DNA of 64,000 nucleotides from Lama guanicoe (lineage: Eukaryota): NCBI GenBank assembly GCA_013239625.1, contig MU056050.1:6649838-6713837 (forward strand). Reading direction: 5' to 3'. The number at the start of each line of letters is the position of its first letter. Within the stretch, counting starts at the first letter, position 1. Under the pieces are notes generated by a model. It made no database searches. It saw nothing but the letters and a program-made list of their open reading frames with translations, and was not told the DNA's origin. The position numbers and the translations under genes were made by a program. Positions 1 through 11,959 of this stretch are shown here, piece by piece.

Positions 1-1898
1 TTTTAGTGACCCTAAAATATGTAGTAGCAGTGTTTGTGATTCTTAAAATATCCTAGGAAACCTGAGGGTGGCAATCATTATACTTGCTTTTAATAATAAT
101 ATAGCCATAATCTGATATTAATATTGCTATTATATTTGGTTACTAGTTGGCTGTTAGCTGAAAAATTTCCTGCTATTTTAGGCTATATTATGCTCATTTT
201 TTTAAAAGCCAAGGGTAAACAAAGCTGCAAATCAAATGCATTTTAAAATTTGACTTAAAACTTCATGGTATTGTGGAAATAGCCTCCAATCAAGAATTAG
301 CTTGGTTATAGTCCCTACTCAGTCATAAATTTATGAGATCTTGGGGAAGTCCCTCCACCTCATCTTTATTTTCCACATTGGTAAAATGAATGAGGCAAAC
401 TATGCAACTTCTAAGGCTTCTTACCATTCTAGAAAGCCAATATTTATTCATCTATTGCATGGACCTGACCCTTAGCACATGGTGATTTAAGTCATTTTGT
501 GATGTTTATTATTCATAGTGATGGCTAGTTTTTTTTAGCAAACTTTGCAAGTGTTCACTATACTCAAGTCTAGAAGTGGAGATTGAATAAGGGTAGGAGA
601 AGGGTTCTTTTAAGGCATTTAGAAAATGTATTGAATTCTCTTACTCACTTTTAGACTGTTTTTGTAATTGTCACATCGGTCTGCAACATACATATAATTT
701 ATTTTCCCAACTTAATAAGTAAAATTATTAGGCTTTGAATTTCCAGAAATCACCCAATGGTAAGTGTAGTTTCTAGCTAATGGTGTTCTCACCTTATATC
801 TAGCACTAAAATCTAAATTCTTTTTATTCAGTATCACCAGCAATGAATACCAAATACATTTCACTTTCTTTAAGAAAGAATGCATAAATTTAATATAGCT
901 AAATAATTCTTTTATATGACTTTAAAATGTAATACAGTGAAATATATAGTAACTTCCTATTATTCTACAATGGAGATGTTTAGAAATATTTCCTCCTGTT
1001 CTTAATTAAGTTAACTACAGAGATCAGATACCATGACCCATATTATTAAACAAAATTATATTTTATACATCTTTCTTAGCATTAGCAGCAAATTGATCAT
1101 TTGAATATTATAGTAATAAGTATAACCATCACAGATCATTGCTGAGGAATAAACAAGTTTGTTTCTATCATACAGAGGTAAGCCATTGTAGGGATTAGAT
1201 TGGGGAACATTTAAAATTAACTCAATCATTGTGGTGGTATATTAGTTGAACATCTTATCACAGGGACTTGATCACATTTAAGTGTTAGTTCTGCAGAAAA
1301 TACTTTGGAATCCTTTCCAATGCCACAAAGTGTCTGTCTTAAACAGAGTGGTGGAATGTTGGTAGGATAATATAAGGAACTGAAATGGGAGACTTTCTGT
1401 GTTCTGATATCTGTGTTCTGATATCAGTTTTGCCACATCTAAGCTTCTGAATTTGAGTAGATCACTTTTCATTGTCTCACTTTTATCATTTACAGAGTTT
1501 GGAATATTTACCCTAACTACCGTCTTACAATTGCTGTGCAGCTCAAGTGTATTTACTAAATATTTATTTATTTACTTCTTTATATATTATTCCCTCTTAA
1601 AAATGTGTGAGTCAGCTTTTACTAAATTTAGAGGTATAAAAATAACACCCACAAGATAAAAGATGAAAATTAAAATTTAAAAGTTTTGCAAGAATTCAAG
1701 ACTAAGAAAAACTCTAGCTTTAAACTTTTTACCAGCCAGTACAAAGAAGGAATGAATTACACAGCTCTCATTTTTTTTTTGGTAGAAAGAATATACAAGC
1801 AGAAAAAAAGTTTTACCTAGTTCTAAGCTCTGAAGATAATTTGTCATGTGAAGTTTTTTAAGAAAATGCAGTTATGTATTGCAATATTCAGAGCAAAG

Positions 1899-2115
1899 TG
1901 GGGAGGGGCAAGATAGGGATAGAGGATTAAGAGATACTAACTACTATGTCTAAAATAGATAAGCAACAAAGATATATTGTGCAGCATTGGGAATTATAGC
2001 CATTATTTTCTAATAACTTTAAAGGGAGTATAATCTATACAAATATTGAATCACTATGCTGTACACTTGAAACTAATATAATGTTATAAATCAACTATAT
2101 TAAAAATAATAATCA
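1899..2115 (+). mobile_element. 5'-truncated L1 3' end
   Basis: L1 3' UTR motif (tcactatgctgtacacttgaaactaatata); TSD TCAGAGCAAAG at 1888-1898 and 2116-2126. Confidence 0.85.
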
Positions 2116-2299
2116 TCAGAGCAAAGATGACAGTTTGGGGTCCTTTTTGTTTAACACTGAAATATATATTAATATCAGTATTTAAGTTCAGAATTCATAG
2201 ACTAAAAATCAGTAGAACAATATTTAATAGATCTCAAAATTTTAAATGTCTAAATATATTACAAAATATCAAGAAATACCATTTATAAAACAAGTGTTG

Positions 2300-3030
2300 C
2301 TGTAGTCAAAAAAACAGATAATAACAAGTCTTGGTGAGGATGTGGAGAAGTGGAAACTCTCGTACATTGCTGGTAGAGACATAAAATGGTACAGCCACTT
2401 TGGGAAATAGTCTGTCAGTTCTTCAAAAGGTTAAATGTAGAGTTATCACACGACCCAACAATTTCACTCCTATGTATATAGCCAAGAGAAACGAAAACCT
2501 ATGACCACATAAAAACTTGTACACAAATCTTCATAGCAGCATTATTCATAACAGCCAAAAAGTGGAAACAACTCATATATCTACCAACAAATAAATGGAT
2601 AAACAAAATGTAGCATAGTCAAACAATGGAATATTATTCAGCAATTAGAAGAAATGAAGTACTGATATATGCTACGACATGGACAAATATTGAAAGTAAT
2701 ATCCTAAGTGAAAGAAGCCAGTCACAAAATACCACACATTGTATAATTCCACTTATATAAAATGTCCAGAACAGGCAAATCTATAAAGACAGAAAGGAGA
2801 TTAGAAGTTGCCTAGGGCTGGTAGAATCAGAGAGAGGATGGGTGATGGGGAGTGGCTACAAAGAGTACAGCGTTTCTCTTTCGGACGATGAAAATCTCTA
2901 AAATTGATTGTGGTGGTGATTGCACAACTCTGTGACTATACTACTAAAAACCATTGAACTGTACACTTTAAATGGGTTAATCATATGTTACATGATTAAT
3001 ATCTCAATAATCCTGTTATTAAAAAATAAA
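2300..3030 (+). mobile_element. Old L1 (L1MB-like) ORF2 end and 3' UTR
   Basis: Typical motifs ggtgaggatgtggagaa, atggtacagccactttgg, ccattgaactgtacactttaaatggg. Confidence 0.85.
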
Positions 3031-3844
3031 TTCATACATAGAAAAATAACCCTTAAAAATTAAGGCCCCACAAAAGAAGATATGCCCAGGGGAAAAAAAG
3101 CCTAAGAAAAGAAATTGCTATCAGACCTGCCTTATATGAAATTTTAAAAAGGAAGTTCATCAGGCTGATGAGAAATTGTAACTTGAATCCACAAAAAGAA
3201 ATAGAGCTCCAGTAATGTCAATTACATAGGAAAACATAAAATACAATATAAATATAGTTTCTATCCTTCTCACAACTGATTTAAAAGACATCTGCATAAA
3301 ACAATAATTATTAAAATCCTGTTAGGTTTAATATGTAAAGATGCATATGATAATAATAGCACAGAGGAAGGGAGAGGAAAGGGAGCAATATTAGAGCGAA
3401 GTTTCTGTACACTACCAGAAATAAATTAGTATTCATGTGTATTATACTGTTTTAGGATATATATTGTAATCTCCAGAATAACCACTAAAAAAATAATTCA
3501 ACAAATAAAGTAAGTAATGGGAACTGAAATGGCACATTAGAAAGTATCTATTGCTTGCAAAAGTACACAGAGAAATAGAGGGAAAAAATACTTGACACAT
3601 ACAGAAAATAGCAAAATGGCAGTTATAAATAATTATATTTACATTATAATCAATAATTATATTAAATGTAAATGAAATAAGCGCCACAATAAAAATATAT
3701 TATCATACTATATTAGAAGACAGAATTTAACTGCATGCTGTCTAGAACAGACACAATTTAGATATAACACAAATAGATTGAAAGGATAAAAAATGATACA
3801 CTATGCAATCAGCAACCATAAGAGAGCTGGACTGCCCATACCAG

Positions 3845-4350
3845 TGCATTTGATTTCTACTGCTGTGTAACAAATGACCACAAATTTAGCACCTTAAAAC
3901 AATATCCATTTATTAGCCGACAGTTCAATAGGTCATAAGACTGGCAGGTTCTCTGCTTAAGGTCTCAAAAAGCCAAAATCAAGGTGCTGGACAGGCTGGC
4001 CTCTTATACGGAAGGTCTAGGAAAGAATCTGCTTCCAAACAGAAAAAGCATCCACTTACACGTTTAAAGAATCTGCTTCCAAGTTCAAGTTATTGGCAGC
4101 AATTCAATAGTTGTTCCTTGCAGTTATGAAACTGAGGTCCCTATTTCCTTGATACATGGCCTCAATTATCTTCAGGCAAACAATAGAGCATTAAATCCTT
4201 CTTGTGCTTTGATTTCTGATTATCTCTTCTAGCACCAGCTAGAGAAAACTCTCTGTATTTAAAGGGCTCACCTGATTGGGTCAGGCTCACCCAGATAATC
4301 TTTGTATAGTAAGGTTAACTGACTTGGGACTTTAATTACATCTGGAAAAT
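3845..4350. mobile_element. MaLR LTR (MLT1-type)
   Basis: tgctgtgtaacaaatgaccacaaatttagc ... ttaattacatctggaaaa are characteristic of MLT1. Confidence 0.75.
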
Positions 4351-4661
4351 TAATCACTATGGTATATCTGACCACAATAGTATTAAATTAGAAATCAGCA
4401 ACAGAAAAAAATTTAGAAAATCCAGAAATATTTCCAAAAAAAGCCAATATATTTCTAATAACCCTTAGGTAAAAAAAAATCACAAGAGGAACTGGAAAGA
4501 AATCTGAACTGGATGAAAACTAAAACACAACATGTTAAAATGTATGGGATGCAGCTAAGGCAATGCTCAAAGGGAAAATTATAGCTTGAAATGATTATGT
4601 GAGAAAAAAAAGATTTCAAATAAATAAGCTAAGTTTTCACCTTAAGAATCTAGCGAAAGTA

Positions 4662-4844
4662 AACAATAAGTTTCTACTATATAGCACAGGGAACTATACT
4701 CAATATCTTGTAGTAACTTATGGGGAAAAAGAATATGAAAATGAATATGTGTATGTTCCTGTATGACTGAAGTATTGTGCTGTTCACCAGAAATTGACAC
4801 AACATTGTAAACTGACTATACTTCAGTAAAAATATATATTAAAA
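4662..4844 (+). mobile_element. Lineage-specific 5'-truncated L1 tail
   Basis: ccagaaattgacacaacattgtaaactgactatacttca; TSD AAGAATCTAG(C/A)GAAAGTA at 4644-4661 and 4845-4862. Confidence 0.88.
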
Positions 4845-5621
4845 AAGAATCTAGAGAAAGTAGAGCAAACCAAACACAAGGCAAGCATGAGACAGAAACA
4901 AGAAGATAACAGTAGAAATCAGTAAAATAGAAAACAGAAAAACAATAGAGAAAAATTAATTTTAAAAAAGTAGTTCTTTGAAAAGATCAACAAATTTGAT
5001 AAAACTTTAGCTAGGCTGACAACCAAATAAAACAGAACACTTAAATTACCAAGATCAAGAAGGAAAGAGGAGACAACACAACTGAATCTACAGCAATTAA
5101 ACAGTTTATAAGAGAACATTACTAACTACTTTATACCAGCTAATTAGATAACAGATGAAATGAACAAATTCCTAGAAAGACATAATTTACCAAAATTAAC
5201 TCAAGAAGAAATAGAAAATCTGAAAGATTACAAGAGGTAAAGGAATTTAATTCATAATTTAAATTCTTTCCACGTGCAAAAAGCCCAGACTCAGATGGGT
5301 TCACTAGTGAATTCTATCAAACATTTAAAGAATAAAACAGTAACATTATTCTAGAAAGTGGAGAAGGAAAGAACACTTCCCAACTCTCTCTACAAGGCCA
5401 ATATTATGTCACCAAAGCCAAAAACATCATAGGGAAAAAGAAAAGAAAAACAGACATCAAAAGAAAAGAAAACTACACATCAATATCCCTCATGAATAGA
5501 GATTAAAAACGCCTTTTAAATATTAATCAAACCAAATCTAGCAGCATATAAAGAGTACTTTACACCATGACTAAATGGGATTTTTCCTGGGAATACTCAG
5601 TTTGTTTAACATTCAAATATC

Positions 5622-8605
5622 TTAAGAGGTGGGCTTTAATTACCTGGTGGTACCTGGCTCAGGGATGATGAAGGCAGAGGAATATTGCCTCTTGGGGTGC
5701 ACTGGCCAGATGGAGGAGATATGGCTCTGGATTGGTTAGTTTGCTTATCAAAGGTTAAGTCTTTTGCTATCTCCAAGAATTGGCTAACTCTGGGAGAGGC
5801 AGTCTCTCCCCAGCCAAGAAGATTTTTTTAAGATATTAAAACATCATAATATACAAAAAATTCTTAAACATGATTAATACAACAAATCCCTTAATGTTTT
5901 GACATCATATTAAGGAAAATTTAGGGTGGTGATAACAGAGATCTTCAGTAGTAGGGCTTAAGTAACTCCAAACAGAATAGAGACATTTTATGATGAGAAT
6001 AAGAGAGGTTTTCATGTCTGGACAGAAGTCATCTCCAGCACAGGAAGTGAAGTCGTTGTTAATGGTGAGGTCTTGGATTGAGGTGATGTCTTCTGAGGTG
6101 GTAAGCTTCTAAGCCAAGGCCAAGTCATCTAGGATGTGGGACTTGGGGTATACTTTTTAAGGTGATATCCACTCAAGTTAATGTGGGTCTTAGTATTTGC
6201 CATGTTTGGTTGAAACAGTGGCTTACTTGGAGTGTTGGGCCTCGAGGTTGTAAACCAATGAAAACCTCCAAACGGCTGGTAATAAGACCACAGTCACCAG
6301 AATAGTGTGCAGTTCCACTTGACAGGCTTTTGGTGGAAATTTAGTTTCAGATGCATCCTGTATAAGATGGGCAGCTGCCTGGCTATTGCACAATCGTTGG
6401 TTAAGGGGTCCTAGGGGAATATGCACCATCGATCTGGCCTCCAGCCCTTATGGAATGGGGCAAGATTGAAAATATATAAAGATACGTTAAGGCCTGGAGC
6501 AAGATAAAGAGTCATTTAGGGATTTGTTTAGACTGGAAATTGAAAAGGAATTGTTTGAAGAAACCATTATGCCTCTTAGTTAAACAGGCTATTTGGGACC
6601 TATTAGGGACATGAAAGTTCTGTTGAGTGTCTTTTCCAAGAGCCCAGCATTGCGTATTTTGAGAAATGAAATCTGGTGCCTTGGTTGCTATTAATAATAT
6701 TTACAATGAGTAATGAGTGTCTTGGGAAGGCCTTATATTGTGACCTTAATATAGAGAGAGACTTGTGATTTCATATTTTGGGTATCTGTGAGGCGAGAGT
6801 TTCCAGAGTTCTTTAACCTGACAGAGATGATTTTTAGGCAATGCCCACTAATTTATAATAAATGTGAAGATGGAACCATCTGTTGGCCAGGGTATCCAGC
6901 GTTAAGATGACTTCCTGAAGTTTGGCCAAGTGTGTTGTTTTTTGGGTCCTGTCTTTTATTAGGGACATCCTGGGTAAATGATGGAAAACAGCAACATTCC
7001 ATGGAGTTCCATCATGTATGATGGTTAGCAGTGCCAAGTGCATAGTCTATGAACTCCCATTGTTGTTTACAGTTAATCCCTGGGTTTTCCCCAGTAACAA
7101 AGGGTTTAGGGGAGGTGTGACTTCCACCAGCACCCTGGAATCTGGCAAGGGACTAAGGACAGGGGAAGCTGCCCCTTTCTGCAAGTAGAACATGTCAGAG
7201 GGCCAAGGTTTGGTTGCATCCTAATTAAGAAGGCCTCTGTAGCTGTGCCGAGTTTGTAGGGTGCTGTTTTCATGGCTCAAAGTATAATGGGCAGCTGAGT
7301 ATGGAGGGTCATAGGTTCATGGTCTATGAGAGCCTCTATTTTTAGGAAAGCCCAGTAGGTAGCCAGGCATTTTTGGTAGGGGCAGTTTATTGCACTGGAA
7401 ACCCTTGAGCAACTTTGGCTATCGGAAGTGGTCCAGAGACACCAGGTGGTCTAAGAAGAGGTTGCCAAAGTCTCTTTAGGGAAGGAGTTTGGAGGGGGCA
7501 CTAACAAGAGTGCTTGTTGATTTTAATCTGGGAGTAAAATTTGCAAATGAGAAATATGTTGTCATTAGAAGCCAAGAAGGGCTAAAAGATGTTGGATTTG
7601 TATGTCCTTAATAAGTGTCCTAATGAATTTCCTTGGAGGAGGATGTTATCGATGTAATGCCATACCTGTGCTCCTGGAGGAAGGTGGATGCAGTTAAGCT
7701 CTTGCCTGTAACGACTGTGTGGGATGGCAAAGCTGTTGAGGTGCCCCATGGGTGGCCTAGAGAAAAGGTACCCTGAGCTGCTTTGCCAGCAGATCCCTAA
7801 AGCTCACCAGGGACCAATTGCTGGGCTCTTCCCTAGGGACTCCCTCTAGAAAAGCAGGCCAATGCTTTAATCGCTTATTGGGAGGGGATGTTCCAGCGGG
7901 GAGCCCAAGTGCCCACTGCTGACTTCAGCCCTGTTGGGTCGATTGATCAGACTTGCACCAAACATAGTCTCATCTAAAAACCTCTCTTCACTCTCTTGGG
8001 CAGGGGGCTTGATCTTATAAATTAGCCAATGATCCTAATCACCCCCAGTGTCACTGCCCAGAGCCTAGAGGTCACTGCCCAGAACCTAGGTGTGTCAAAT
8101 CAGGGAAATCAAGTTTGGCCCCAGTGGACCAAGCTGTCCAAGGTGAGATGCCAACTATGGAATTATGGCAACCACCAATGTAAACTTTAGCACCTGAGTC
8201 TAAGTGAGGAGTACCAAAGAGGTGAGTGCCTACGACGTCCTCTTAGATTTAGTTGGAAGATCATGGCAATGTACAGCAGATACAGCATGAAGTGGTGGCA
8301 GCCAGAGTGCCAGTGTGCCTTCCCGGGCAGTACTTGCTGTTTGGTAAACATATAGAACACCGAGTCACCTTGTGCACTGCATCAATTGTTTTATGTCCAG
8401 GTCTTAATTTATAAAGTTGACTGAGTGGTGAGCAAGGGATAGGTTTAGACCAGAGCCTTTATTGGAATTGCTGAGGAAAAGGCAAGACAGGGAAGGCCAA
8501 ACAGTTCTGGATTGGCTAGTTTGAATAATTTCGGCAGGCTCTATAGGGGTGGTCTCTAGTTGCCCGTACCTAGCCCTCGGATGATTAAGGCAGAGGAATA
8601 TTGAC
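5622..8605 (-). mobile_element. Degraded ERVL-class endogenous retrovirus (MER74/MER76-like LTR parts plus internal pol remnants)
   Basis: LTR parts at 5622-5881 and 8394-8605 share gtacct...aaggcagaggaatattg. Minus-strand RT remnant PMGHLNS...WHYIDNIL (~7639-7750; YIDD-like) and integrase remnant HVPNRSQIACLTKRHNGFFK (~6555-6615). Confidence 0.8.
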
Positions 8606-8719
8606 TTTTGTTTCTAGGGGAACTGTAAGTAATATTAAACTTTTCCTTCAATGGCACTGATCTCTCTGTGTCGCCGCTCAGTCAGCTTTATAAGTTAAGA
8701 CCCAGGCACAGAACATGAC

Positions 8720-9895
8720 ACTGACTAGGATGGCACTTATGAGAGAAAGAAAGAAAGAGAATGAGAAAGAGGGAGGAAGGAAGGAAGGGGAAGAAGAAAG
8801 AAAGGAAAGGGAGGGAGGGAGGGAAGGAAAAGAAAATATAGTGTTGTCAAGGATGTGGAGAAATTGGAACCCTTGTACATTGCTGGTAGGAATGTAAATT
8901 GGTGCAGCCACTGTGGAAAATGATATGGCAGTTCCTCAGAAAAATTAAACATAGAATTACCATATAATCCAGCAATTTCGCTTCTGTGTGTATACCCAAA
9001 AGAATTGAAAGCAGGGACTCCAACAGATATTTGTACACCCAGCTTCATAGCAGCAATATTGACAATAGCCAAAAGGTGGTGCTATGGCCTGAATGAATGT
9101 CAGTGTCCCCTGCCCCCAAATTCTTATGCTGAAATCCTAATTCCCAAAGGTGATGAGTTCCACCTATCTATTAGTAGGTGGGGTCTTCGGGAGATGATTC
9201 GTTCATGAGGGTGGAGCCCTCATGAATGGTATCAGTGCTTCTATGAAAGAGACCCCCGCAGTGCTCCCTAGCCCCTTGTACCACGTGAAGACCCAGAGAA
9301 AAGGTGCCAGCTATCACCAGGAAGAGGGCCTTCACCTGACCATACTGGCACCTTGATCTTGGATTTCTAGCCTCCAGAAGTGTGAGAAATAAATTTCTGT
9401 TTTTTATAAGCTACCTAGTCAGTGGTATTTTGTTATAGCAGCCCAAATGGGCTGACAGGTGGCAGGTAAACCAAGTGTCAATCAACAAGATGAATGGATA
9501 AACAAAATGTGGTATATACACACAGTGGAATATTATTCAGTCTCATAAAGGAAGGAAATCCTGACACATGCTACAATATGGATGAATCTTAAAGACATTA
9601 TGCTAAGTGAAATAAGCCAGTCACAAAAGAACACATATATGATTCCACTTGTATGAGATACCTAGAGTAGTCAACATCATAGAGACAGTTGTTGTCAGGG
9701 GCTGGGGGTAGGAGAAGTGTGGAGTTATTGTTTAAGTGGTACAGAGTTTCAGTTTGGGGAGAGGAAAAGGTTCTGGAGATAGATGGTGGTGATGATTGCA
9801 CAACAATGTGAATATACTTAATGCCAATGAACTATATAATTTAAAACGGTTATAATGGTAAATTTTATCTTATGTATATTTTACCATAATTATTT
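8720..9895 (+). mobile_element. L1MB-like 3' region with a GA-rich tract (8741-8835), split by an MLT1A-like LTR
   Basis: aaggatgtggagaaattggaaccc; tatactta...aattttat 3' end. Confidence 0.82.
9080..9457 (+). mobile_element. Complete MaLR solo LTR (MLT1A-like)
   Basis: TG...CA termini, internal AATAAA, 5-bp TSD GGTGG (9075-9079 and 9458-9462). Confidence 0.88.
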
Positions 9896-9899
9896 AAAA

Positions 9900-10876
9900 T
9901 TCTCAACAAAGTCAGAATAGAAGGTAAATTAAACTGATAAAGGGCATGAGAAAAGTCTAAGCTCACATCATAACATCATCACTGTACTAGAGATTCCAAG
10001 CCAGTGCAATCAATAAAGGAAAAAGAAATAAAAATCATCCAGATTGAAAAGGAGGAGGTAAAAGTGGCTTTTTTGGCAGATGACAATCATTAATATAAAA
10101 AGCCAAATGAAACCCACAAAAAACCTACTAGACTAATGAGTTTAGTAAGAATGTGAGGTGAAAGATAAATATAAAAATAAATTGTATTTCTACATACGAG
10201 CAATGGAAAATGTGCAAATAAAATTAGAAAAACAATTCTATTCACAATAGCATCAAAAAGAATAAAATACTTAGAAATAAATTTAGCCAAAAAGTATAAG
10301 ACATACACAGAAAACTATAAAAACATTGCTGGGAGAAATTAAAGATCTACGTAAATGAAGAGAAAGTCCACATCATGAATTGAAAGACTCAACATAAGAT
10401 GGCAATTTTTACCAAACTGATCTATAAATTAAATGAAATCCCTATAAAAATTCCAGCAGGCTTTTTTTTTTGCAGAATTTAACAAGCTGATCCAGCAATG
10501 TATATGGAAATGCAAAGGATCCAGAATAGTCGAAACACTTTTGAAAAAGACTCAGTGGGAGAGTTTTCACTTCCATGTTACAAAACTTACTATAAAGTCA
10601 CAGTCATCAAGACAGTGTGATACTAACACAAAGATAGAAATATACATCACGAAAAAATGAAAAGTCCATAAATGAACCCTTACATAATGGTCAATTTATT
10701 TTTGACAAAGCTGCCAAGGCAATTCAATGTGGAAATGACAGACTTTTCAACAAATGGTACTAGGACAATTAGATATCCACAAGCAAAAAGATAAATTTAG
10801 ACCTTTATTTCATACCATGCATTGAAAATATTAAGTCAAAATGGACTAGAGCTAAATTAAAGCTAAAACTATAAAA
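9900..10876 (+). mobile_element. L1 ORF2 remnant (RT region), continuing the 3030-5620 element
   Basis: tttggcagatgacaatc (FADD-like) and downstream ORF2 motifs. Confidence 0.8.
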
Positions 10877-11867
10877 CATTAATTTTTACTTGAGTTATAG
10901 TTGATGTGTAATACCACATTAGTTTCAGGTGTACAACATACTGATTCACAATTTTTAAAGGTTACATTCCATTTATACTTATTATAAAATATTGGCTATA
11001 TTCCCTGTGTTGTAAAATATATCCTTGTAACTTATTTATTTTATACATTGTAGTTTGTACTTCTTATTTCCCTACCCCTATCTTGCCCCTCTTCTTTCTC
11101 TCCCCAACTGGTTATCACTAGTTTGCTCCCTATATCTGTGACTCTTGTTTCTTTTTTGTTATATTCACTAGTTTATTTTTTAGATTCCACATATAAGTGA
11201 TATCATAGAGTATCTGTCTTTCTCTGTCTGACTTATTTCTTTTAGCATAAAACACTCCAAGTGCATCCATGTTGTTGTAAATGGTAGAATTTCATTTTTA
11301 TGTCTGAGTAGTACTCCACTGTGCATATCTATATTGTGTGTGTGTGTGTGTGTGTATACACCATATCTTCTTTATCCATTCCTCTGTTGATGGACACTTA
11401 GGTTGCCTCCTTATCTTTGCAATTGCGAATAATGTTGCTATGAACATTGGTGTGTATGTATCTTTTTGAATTAGTGTTTTCAGGTTTCTTTTCTCAGACA
11501 TATGCCCAGGAGTGGAATTGTGAGTCATATGGTAGTTCTATTTTTACTATTTTGGGAAACTTCCATACTGTTTTCCACAGTGGCTGCATCAATTTACATT
11601 CACACCCACAGTGTATAAGGGTTCCTTTTCTCTAAATCCTCACCAACATTTATTTGTGGTCTTTTTGATGATAACTGTTTTGACAGGTGTGAGGTGATAA
11701 TCTCATTGTGGTTTTAATTTGCATTTCTCTGGTGATTAATGATGTTGAACATCTTTTCATGTGCTTGTTGGCCATCTGTATGTCTTCTTTGGAAAAATGT
11801 CTATTCAGGTCTTCTGCTCATTTTAAAATCAGGTTGTTTGGTTTTTGCTGTTGAGTTGTATGAGCTG
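10877..11867 (-). mobile_element. Antisense ~1-kb L1 3' fragment (L1MA/Artiodactyla-type) containing (TG)n
   Basis: TSD TAAAACTATAAAA at 10864-10876 and 11868-11880; ORF 11298..11528 (-) is an ORF2 C-terminal remnant ([13 protein letters not shown]...WIKKIW). Confidence 0.88.
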
Positions 11868-11959
11868 TAAAACTATAAAATTTAAAAAAGTAAACATAGG
11901 AGAAAGTCTTTATGACCTTGGAATTTATTTCCTGTGGCTGTATGCCTAAGGGTCATACC

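Larger units (their letters stand above)
3030..5620 (+). mobile_element. Degraded L1 ORF1 end / ORF2 5' half, interrupted by younger elements
   Basis: A-rich ORF2 remnants (tttgaaaagatcaacaaatttgataaaactttagctagg; gaattctatcaaacatttaaagaa). Confidence 0.8.

Noticed and set aside
5622..8605. Idea that the ERVL is an L1-processed (R-U5...U3-R) copy because both LTRs lack their outer ends
   Set aside because: The 3' LTR stops before its AATAAA and there is no poly-A tail or TSD; later deletions are the simpler explanation.
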